64,000 nt of DNA from Deltaproteobacteria bacterium HGW-Deltaproteobacteria-12 (GTDB lineage: Bacteria > Desulfobacterota > Syntrophia > Syntrophales > Smithellaceae): NCBI GenBank assembly GCA_002840565.1, contig PHBK01000015.1, positions 12,108 to 76,107 on the forward strand, in the 5' to 3' direction. The notes beneath the pieces were generated by a model. It was given only the letters and a program-made list of their open reading frames with translations. It searched no databases and was not told the DNA's origin. The position numbers and the translations under genes were made by a program. Each line of letters starts with the position of its first letter. Position 1 is the stretch's first letter. Positions 56,335-63,463 of this stretch are shown here, piece after piece.

Positions 56335-56674
56335 GGAGGGGTTTTGTGTCATCCGAAAGTGGTTCCAATGCCGCCAGTTTCCTTTACCATCTTTCCCATT
56401 TTAATTGGAGAACCATGTTCGGCTTGAGCTTCAAACGTGCGCTCCCGGTGCGTCCCGCCGAGTAGACCATTTGTGGTCATTGGGTGCTGAAACAAACGGA
56501 ACGTCATGTTTTTTGAAAAGGCTGTATTTCAATCGGAAATAATCAAAAATTGGCTGAACTCAAAGTTAACATATGGTACAAGTATCAGGGGGCAGGTTAC
56601 ACATTTTCTTGCCGAAGCCATTAAAAATGTGTGAATATGAGAACCGCTATTCACACTCAGTACAAAGAAAGGTT

Positions 56675-57421
56675 ATGAAGATGAATAAAACCATCGAAGT
56701 CATGAAAAACCATCGCTCTATTCGCAGCTATCTTGATAAAGAAGTGCCTGATGCAATTATCGACGAACTGGTGGCAGTTGCCCAGGCTGCCCCGAACTCC
56801 ATCAATGGACAGCAGACTAGTCTCGTAATTGTTCGAGACAAACAAAAAAAGAAACAGATTGCGGAAATCGCTGGAGGGCAGCATTGGATTGCTCAAGCCC
56901 CGCTCTTTATCCTAGTTGTTGCCGATTTTTATAAGTCCAAGCTGGCTGCAGAAAAAGTCGGTAAACCCCTCGTCATTCCCGAGAGTGTTGAAGCGACAAT
57001 TGCGGTTTCTATTGATGCAGGAATTTGCCTGCAAAGTATAATTACAGCGGCAGAATCGCTCGATCTGGGAATCGTGCCTATCGGTGGTATTCGTAACAAT
57101 CCGGCCGCTATTATCTCGCTGTTGAATCTTCCTGAATATACTTTCCCTCTGAATGGCTTGACTGTTGGTTATCCGGCAGACCGATCCCACAAGAAGCCCC
57201 GAATGCCTGTAGCAGCTTTTAGGCATGATGAAATCTATGAAACAACAAAACTACCCAAGTTGATAGATGAGTATGATGTGTTGATGCAGCCTTATCTGAA
57301 AAGTGTGGGTCGTGAAAACGAGGTTAACTGGAGCAATCAAACAATGAATTTTTATTCGTTTGTTTATTTCCCGACTGTTTACCCGACAATGAAGCTTCAA
57401 GGCTTTAAAAACGACAAATAA
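56675..57421 (+). CDS. Oxygen-insensitive NADPH nitroreductase (NfsA-like)
   Basis: MKMNKTIEVMKNHRSIRSYLDKEVPDAIIDELVAVAQAAPNSINGQQTSLVIV. The length and motifs are NfsA-like. Confidence 0.8.
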   Translation: MKMNKTIEVMKNHRSIRSYLDKEVPDAIIDELVAVAQAAPNSINGQQTSLVIVRDKQKKKQIAEIAGGQHWIAQAPLFILVVADFYKSKLAAEKVGKPLVIPESVEATIAVSIDAGICLQSIITAAESLDLGIVPIGGIRNNPAAIISLLNLPEYTFPLNGLTVGYPADRSHKKPRMPVAAFRHDEIYETTKLPKLIDEYDVLMQPYLKSVGRENEVNWSNQTMNFYSFVYFPTVYPTMKLQGFKNDK

Positions 57422-57658
57422 AAAAATGCTGAGTATGACGGTGTTTTTAAAATAATGTATTTTTAAATATTTTATTATTAACATTTAAGACAGTTGTTCC
57501 TGTAAGTGCTATGCAGAATAGTTTTATTACTGTTGTAGATTTCAAATACACATCGTGATAAATAAAAAAAGTGACCTGTTGATGTTTTAGTGGCAAATTT
57601 GTGGCGTTGAGGTTGTTTGTCAGATGCACTTAGGCGGTTGAAGTCAACGGAGGCAGTC

Positions 57659-58663
57659 ATGTCCGAATCAAAATTTTATCATATTTCCCAAAAAGGAAAG
57701 CTCACAAGCGTAATAAATGTTGATGCCGCTGTGGCTGCGGCAAAGAGCGGCGGCTTTTTTTGGCTGAATTACTGTCAGCCGAAGAAAGAGGAACTCTTGA
57801 TCCTCATCAGTCTCCTTGATCTCCATCTTCTTTCCATTGAGGATTGTTTAGACAAAAACCAGATTCCCAAGATAGAAGACTTTCCCCGGAATACTTTTAT
57901 TATCTTCAACACTTTTGAATATTCAAACAAAAAACTTTCGATCGGCGAGATTGATCTGTTTATCGGAGACAACTTTCTGGTGACAGTCAGCCAACGCAAA
58001 TCCGACAATCGCCGAGTTTTGGATGGCATTGAGCACATCATGGAGACAGACATGGAGAGTGCCAGGCACGGACCGGCGTTCCTGATGCACGTCATTCTGG
58101 ATAATGTTGTGGACCAAAAGTTTCTGGCAATTGAAGCGCTGGAAGATGAACTGGACATCCAGGAAGAAACAATGCTGGCCAGCGTTTCAAATTTCAACCC
58201 TGCCGAGATGATCCGATTGCGTCGTGACCTGCTGAACCTCCGCAAGAGTCTCTTTCATGAACGGGAGATCCTCGTTAAGATTTGTCGCAAAGATTGTCAC
58301 TTCATACCGGACAAGGCAATCTATCACTATCGGGACATCTACGACCATCTTACAAAATTCTTTGAGCTGACTGAATCTTATCGTGAAATAGTCACCAGTC
58401 TCATGGAGATGTACCTGTCGATGCTAAACAACCAGATGACTAAAGTTGCCAACGAAACAAATCTTACAGTCAGACGGCTGACACTCATAACCACTATCTT
58501 TATGCCGCTTACACTCCTTGCTGGAATCGGTGGGATGTCAGAGTGGTCTATGATGACCGGATCTGCTAACTGGAAGATCGCCTATCCAGCTTTTCTGTTA
58601 GCTATGGTGGTAATCGGTTTTACTAACTACTGTCTAATCAAGTGGTATGAAAAGAAAAAATAA
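57659..58663 (+). CDS. CorA-family divalent cation transporter with a non-canonical GMS signature
   Basis: GGAGG before ATG 57659. CorA cytoplasmic domain, then TTIFMPLTLLAGIGGMSEW (canonical is YGMNF) and a second TM segment. Confidence 0.75.
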   Translation: MSESKFYHISQKGKLTSVINVDAAVAAAKSGGFFWLNYCQPKKEELLILISLLDLHLLSIEDCLDKNQIPKIEDFPRNTFIIFNTFEYSNKKLSIGEIDLFIGDNFLVTVSQRKSDNRRVLDGIEHIMETDMESARHGPAFLMHVILDNVVDQKFLAIEALEDELDIQEETMLASVSNFNPAEMIRLRRDLLNLRKSLFHEREILVKICRKDCHFIPDKAIYHYRDIYDHLTKFFELTESYREIVTSLMEMYLSMLNNQMTKVANETNLTVRRLTLITTIFMPLTLLAGIGGMSEWSMMTGSANWKIAYPAFLLAMVVIGFTNYCLIKWYEKKK

Positions 58664-59036
58664 TGGTGGGTCGGGCGTACGCTGGAATAAACAGCAATGG
58701 CAAGAGACTTCATCTGTCTGCAAAAAATATGGTCTGCCTGTCCGTTCATCCATATCTCGATGGCAAATGCGAAATTCATTAAGCAATTCATTTATTACAT
58801 TCAATCCGTAATATTATTTTTACCATATTTTAGATTTAAATGCTTGTAAGTGAGCTTAGCTGCGTTTCCTTCTTGCCGAAATTATTTTTCCCATTATGTC
58901 TTTTTATGCTACATTAATAATAGTAAGGTTAAAAAACATTCTGTAAGTGTATTACGTTCTTGAGGATAAATCAGTTGTTGGTGTCTAAATAATAGATATT
59001 TTTTGTACACTTGAGAAACAAGGGAGGTAAAGAATT

Positions 59037-59249
59037 ATGAGGTATCGTAAGTTACTGATAAAGCATGTTGGGGAATCTATGACTTGTACGAGGAGTTCCT
59101 ATGACACTTGCCGTATTGTCTTTGATAACTCCGGGCCATTTGTTCTCAAAGAGGTTGGGGAAGATTATGTGATTGTAGAGGATAAAAGTTGTACGCCACC
59201 TAGCTATGATGTTTTCCTTTTAGAGAATACATCATTTGGGGTTTTGTAA
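59037..59249 (+). CDS. Small hypothetical protein
   Basis: 70 aa. Strong GGGAGG RBS 8 nt upstream. No recognised motif. Confidence 0.4.
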   Translation: MRYRKLLIKHVGESMTCTRSSYDTCRIVFDNSGPFVLKEVGEDYVIVEDKSCTPPSYDVFLLENTSFGVL

Positions 59250-60000
59250 CAGGGCAAGTGGGACCATACGGAACGTTTTCAGCAACTAGTACTACACCGC
59301 TAGATAAGACCACGGTCAAAGTGCGTTTTGACAAAAGAGGAGTAATGATCTCATCCGCAATAGATGGGCCAGCAAGGAATCAATTCCATTTTTGCGTCAT
59401 CCACCGCGGCAATGAGAGTTTCATACATAAGTTGAAGATTCCGTACTGATAATAAATGAAATCAGGAATAGAAAGTACAGCTGCAATGTATTCCGCTATA
59501 TTGAGATAGCGCGTTCAAAGCTCTTCAACCGGCTCTTCAGAGCGATCATAATTGCAAGGATAGTGAAAAGCCTCAGACAATCTCCAGACCATCGGCAAGA
59601 ATGTCCTCTAAATTTCAGAGATAAACGGCAGGAGGGAATTAATCCAGAAGCCGACTGTGCGATGATCCAATATGCCATACTGAATCACTTGCCTCTGTCA
59701 GTTGACTTATTCATCATATATACTCATTGATCAACCCAGTATAATCCCAATAATTTTATTTATAATAGAATTCGTATCCGGGATCTTACCCAGCGAAACA
59801 ACGCCAAAAGGTTGTGTCGTTTCAGAAATTGATAAAACTTTCCCATCTTTTAAAATTTCAACTTTTAATGCTCCTTCAGCTGTCGTTTTACGAAATAAAC
59901 AAACAGCGGCAACCCCCTTCCCTTGATATTCCACCGGAACAACGGCATTAACCTCCACCGGCTGCGGAATTTCTCCGCTTAACGGGGTGTCCGTTTTTAC

Positions 60001-60156
60001 TTGACCAGATCACTTGCAGTTGTGGGTTGTAAAAAATCAGAAGATGCTGCGACTAAGGTAAAGGACGCTACCAAAGAAGCTGTAACCGAAGTAAAAGACG
60101 CAACTAAAGATGCTGTAACTAAAGTAAAGGACGCTACCAAAGAAGCTGCAAAATAA
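60001..60156 (+). CDS. Small lipoprotein-like repeat protein (possibly 5'-truncated)
   Basis: Not in the ORF track (51 aa). From TTG 60001: MTRSLAVVGCKKSEDAATK(VKDATKEAVTE)x3-like. The lipobox LAVVGC follows a very short signal region. A strong terminator follows the gene. Confidence 0.45.
   Translation: MTRSLAVVGCKKSEDAATKVKDATKEAVTEVKDATKDAVTKVKDATKEAAK
60058..60153 (+). repeat. Three tandem 33-bp repeats (11-aa periodicity) inside the small lipoprotein ORF
   Basis: GTAAAGGACGCTACCAAAGAAGCTGTAACCGAA / GTAAAAGACGCAACTAAAGATGCTGTAACTAAA / GTAAAGGACGCTACCAAAGAAGCTGCAAAA. Confidence 0.85.
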
Positions 60157-60187
60157 TTGATTTAAATAAAGTAATAGAACAAATTTA

Positions 60188-60220
60188 TCGGACATTACTT
60201 TTGTGAATGTCCGATTTTTT
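60188..60220 (+). terminator. Rho-independent terminator
   Basis: TCGGACATT, a 9-nt loop, AATGTCCGA, followed by TTTTTT. Confidence 0.8.
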
Positions 60221-60271
60221 ATGCATGAACTACCCCGAATTTTGTGCCCTATGTTTTCTACTCGTAGTAGG

Positions 60272-60390
60272 CAAAGTTTTATTAATTTTCACATGATTGA
60301 TAAGTGGATGGATGGTGCAAGATTAACCAGCGGCTGAAAGGGGGAAAAACGATGATGAGTTTGCCCGTGACAGCTTCCTCCTGAAAGAGA
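60272..60390 (+). repeat. Dispersed repeat R5 (long 'B' form)
   Basis: CAAAGTTTT...GATGGATGGTGCAAGATTAACCAGCGGCTGAAAGGGGGAAAAACGATGATGAGTTTGCCCGTGACAGCTTCCTCCTGAAAG. Weaker similarity to R3 may continue to about 60480. Confidence 0.65.
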
Positions 60391-60587
60391 GCATCCAGCA
60401 ATTCTGGTGGAGACCCACCCTTTCGGACGGTAATCCATGATAAAACTGAAGCAATTTCCCCCTTGACTTTCCATTCGCATAAGAACATTCTTTAATCATT
60501 GTTGCTCTTATAGCTCAATAAACCCATCAACTTCAGATAACAGAACCATCCAAATTATTCATTTATAACAGGAGATGGAGGTGTAGA

Positions 60588-61778
60588 ATGTCCATGCTAT
60601 TTACTCCCAAGAAGATCGGCAATGTTGAGATAAAGAATCGCTTTGTAAGGGCAGCCACCTATGAGGGTATGGCTGATCAATCCGGAAGGGTGACGGATGA
60701 ACTTGTGTCCGTCTATCGCCGCCTGGCGCAGGGAGATACTGGTCTTATCCTCAGTAGCTTCATGTTTGTTCATCCTCTTGGGCGGGCTCTGCACAATCAG
60801 CTTGGAATACATAATGACGAAGCTATTTCAGGGTTATCCCGTTTAGCCGATGTTGTTCATAAAGGTGGAGGGAAGATAGCCTTCGAGATCAGTCATAGTG
60901 GGAGACAGACCAGACCAGAGCTTATCGGCCAGAGACCGCTTGGGCCATCGGCGATAAGGCGAGACCCAACATTTTTCATCAAACCCGCAGCAATGACCAT
61001 TCATGACATCCGTGAGGTGATCGCTGCCTTTATAGCTGCTGCAGGACGCTCTGTGACTGCCGGCGGTGATATAGTTTATGTCCATGCAGGCGGGGGCGAC
61101 CTACTTAACCAGTTTCTGAGTCCTTACTTCAATGATCGAACGGACGAATGGGGCGGATCTGCAGTAAACAGGTTCCGTATCGTGCGTGAAATCATTGAAG
61201 GGATTAAGGCCTCGCTCGGCAATATTCCTGTTTTAGTAAAGATGAATGCCCAGGACTTTACGCCCAAGCCCGGAGTCACTCCGGAACTGGCAAGGGAATA
61301 TGCCGCCATGCTGGCGGAAATCGGGATCGATGCCTTGGAGCTAACTTCAGGGATCAAGTTTTACAGCCTCATGAACTGTTGGAGGGGCGAGGTTCCGATA
61401 CAGGAGCTACTACGGTCGCTGCCCGCATGGATGCGGCCCATCGGGCGCATGAAGTTGAAGAGATGGAGCGGAAAATATAACCTGATCGAAGGCTGGAATT
61501 TGGATTATCTGAAAATGGTGAAACCGGTAACCGGTAACATGGCCCTTTTCCTCGTGGGCGGCATGCGCCGTTTTAAGCATATGGAGCAAGTTCTCATAAG
61601 GGGGGAGGCTGACTTTATCTGTCTCTGCCGCCCCTTCATCAGGCAGCCTGATCTGGTGAAGAAATTCAGAGAAGGAGTTAAAGAGAGCACCTGCAAATCT
61701 TGTAACAGGTGCATTGGAGCAGTGTCCAATAATATTCCCACACGCTGCTACTTCGGCGGGCTTCCTGACAAACAATAG
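60588..61778 (+). CDS. Old Yellow Enzyme-family NADH:flavin oxidoreductase
   Basis: 396 aa. KNRFVRAATYEGMAD, EISHSGRQT and ELTSG. TIM-barrel OYE pattern with a C-terminal CKSCNRC. Confidence 0.8.
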   Translation: MSMLFTPKKIGNVEIKNRFVRAATYEGMADQSGRVTDELVSVYRRLAQGDTGLILSSFMFVHPLGRALHNQLGIHNDEAISGLSRLADVVHKGGGKIAFEISHSGRQTRPELIGQRPLGPSAIRRDPTFFIKPAAMTIHDIREVIAAFIAAAGRSVTAGGDIVYVHAGGGDLLNQFLSPYFNDRTDEWGGSAVNRFRIVREIIEGIKASLGNIPVLVKMNAQDFTPKPGVTPELAREYAAMLAEIGIDALELTSGIKFYSLMNCWRGEVPIQELLRSLPAWMRPIGRMKLKRWSGKYNLIEGWNLDYLKMVKPVTGNMALFLVGGMRRFKHMEQVLIRGEADFICLCRPFIRQPDLVKKFREGVKESTCKSCNRCIGAVSNNIPTRCYFGGLPDKQ

Positions 61779-61835
61779 CAAGGAATATGATAAGTATATT
61801 AATAAGGACAAGGGAATATAGTTTTGAGGTGACCT

Positions 61836-61925
61836 GCCCCCCCCCCGAAAATTGATCAAGCTTCGAGGGGAAGGCCAACTCAAAATGAAGACCTAGCTTC
61901 CTCCAAATCCACAAAAAGTCAAACT
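61836..61925 (+). repeat. Dispersed repeat R6 (A-like, diverged 5' half, contains a C10 tract)
   Basis: GCCCCCCCCCCGAAAATTGATC...CTAGCTTCCTCCAAATCCACAAAAAGTCAAAC. The 17-mer at 61905-61921 is identical to R4 52235-52251. Confidence 0.65.
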
Positions 61926-62200
61926 CGGCAAATATGCTTGCTTTTGATCCATTATCATTAGATGTTGTTTCATTTAAAACATGATATACACACAGTGTTT
62001 CCATATTATGGCACTGGTGGAAAACCCGACGACAAAAGGAAAACAAACCTTAGCTGTAACCTCGGGAGAAACCAGTCTACTCAACTCAAATGCCGTCATA
62101 ACAAGGAATAAGTTAGCAGCGCTGTCCCGTCTAAGCAGTATATGGATTAAAGAAGATCAAATTAGAAAAAATAATTAGGTGCATTTCACAAAACTAATAA

Positions 62201-63022
62201 ATGAAACAAAAACAACAAAAAAGCGGATGGGGATTTATTCTTATCATCGTTGCAAGCACAATCCTTGCGATTCTTCTCCATCAACTGCATGATGATCCAC
62301 TGATGCATTTGAAGAGCAAGCCTCAAAGCATCCTGATAACATCTGGGTGGTTTCCACCAGTTGCCTTCATCGCTCTTGCTTTCACATTTGGTGTCATGGG
62401 GCGCATATTTCTTGGGATTCAAAAGACGTTCCGGGGAACGAAGCTTTGGAAAGGAGGGGTATTTGGATTCGCATTGAGTGGCTTGTGGATCATTGGAATG
62501 ACCGAAGTCTATGTTCTATACCCGGTCTCTTTATTCGGGGAGATATATACTGGAATAGCAGATAGTTGCGGTATACTGCTCATGAGCCTTTTAATTGGGA
62601 AGTATCGGGCTGACGATACGCTTAATGGGGAGACACATATGAGCACAACGTTCCCAGCGATCATAATCATCACCGTCATATATATCATGGTGAGATATTT
62701 TTCCTATGCAGTCCTGCAGATTGAGTCATCGTATGTCACACGACCGCTTGCTACATTCTTATGGACAGCAGGAATGGGCGGATGGATCGGGGTCATGTAT
62801 ATATTAATCAGCGGGGGCATGTTGCGCATGCATCCTCTTAAACGCGCGGTATTGTTTGGTGGGCTTGTCTTTGGAATTAACTGGATATTGTTTAATCTAT
62901 TTGCCTTACTATTTATTGTCACCCCAGTGTTGGATTTAGTATATCGCTCGGTGTTTGATGCACTTGCCGTTATTCTGGGAGCTTATATTTCCTCAATTTT
63001 CCAGCGCCGTTATGCGGAGTGA
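62201..63022 (+). CDS. Polytopic membrane protein, unknown function
   Basis: 273 aa, about 7-8 hydrophobic segments, no recognised motif. Confidence 0.5.
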   Translation: MKQKQQKSGWGFILIIVASTILAILLHQLHDDPLMHLKSKPQSILITSGWFPPVAFIALAFTFGVMGRIFLGIQKTFRGTKLWKGGVFGFALSGLWIIGMTEVYVLYPVSLFGEIYTGIADSCGILLMSLLIGKYRADDTLNGETHMSTTFPAIIIITVIYIMVRYFSYAVLQIESSYVTRPLATFLWTAGMGGWIGVMYILISGGMLRMHPLKRAVLFGGLVFGINWILFNLFALLFIVTPVLDLVYRSVFDALAVILGAYISSIFQRRYAE

Positions 63023-63147
63023 CATTTTAGGAGTTACTCTTTTACCCGGCGTTCGTGGTTTCAACCTTGAAAATTACCCGTATTCAAGGGGACGCATGAA
63101 AGGATGCTCAAACATTTTTATAGGGTTAAGTATTAAAGAGGGATAGC

Positions 63148-63211
63148 AAGGTGCTGCGATGGACAGTGATTCCATTGATTCAACTCTACTTTTATCTTCC
63201 TGAAATGTAGC
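63148..63211 (+). repeat. Dispersed repeat X2 (variant 'C' form)
   Basis: AAGGTGCTGCGATGGACAGTGATTCCATTGATTCAACTCTACTTTTATCTTCCTGAAATGTAGC. It starts with AGGTGC and ends with CTTCCTGAAAT like the A form, and its interior matches X1. Confidence 0.6.
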
Positions 63212-63406
63212 ATAGGCCGATTTTCTCAGATATGATCTGTTTCAATCGCAAGTCAATAACTTTGATCATGTTGAGAGCTTACATTTAGTTTATTGAAAGC
63301 AATGATAGAGGCCGGTGATTTTGTGTAGCAGCTTTCAATCCGAACTGCTGAATAATCATCAAAAGCCTCAAATTAATCTCCCTCTTTAGGTTCTTAAGGC
63401 TATTAA

Positions 63407-63437
63407 CGTTACACACCCCCCCGGGAAGTGTGTAACG
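63407..63437 (-). terminator. Perfect 10-bp-stem hairpin 3' of the MFS gene (putative terminator)
   Basis: CGTTACACAC, an 11-nt loop, then GTGTGTAACG, 27 nt after the minus-strand stop. The T-tract is weak. Confidence 0.4.
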
Positions 63438-63463
63438 CGGAGAACACTTCGACTTTTGATTAA

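Noticed and set aside
56340-56480. 45-codon minus-strand ORF (MTTNGLLGGTHRERTFEAQAEHGSPIKMGKMVKETGGIGTTFG) after the LysR gene
   Set aside because: It is short, has no RBS and has no recognisable family. It may be a gene remnant, but that is unsupported.
58664-58800. Possible degenerate B-form repeat directly after the CorA-like stop (AATGGTG..., ATATCTCGATGGCAAATG)
   Set aside because: Only short patches are similar, and I could not build a convincing alignment by eye.
59258-59958. Track ORFs 59258-59449 (+), 59496-59678 (-), 59702-59926 (+) and 59731-59958 (-)
   Set aside because: They mutually overlap, have GTG or weak starts and no RBS, and carry no motifs. Other frames show short broken protein-like stretches, so the region looks like decayed coding sequence rather than intact genes.
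33001-63211. Integron attC sites as an explanation for the co-oriented repeats
   Set aside because: I found no paired RYYYAAC / GTTRRRY inverse core sites at the repeat ends. The repeats are not imperfect palindromes, no intI-like gene is in the window, and several modules are multi-gene and contain minus-strand operons.
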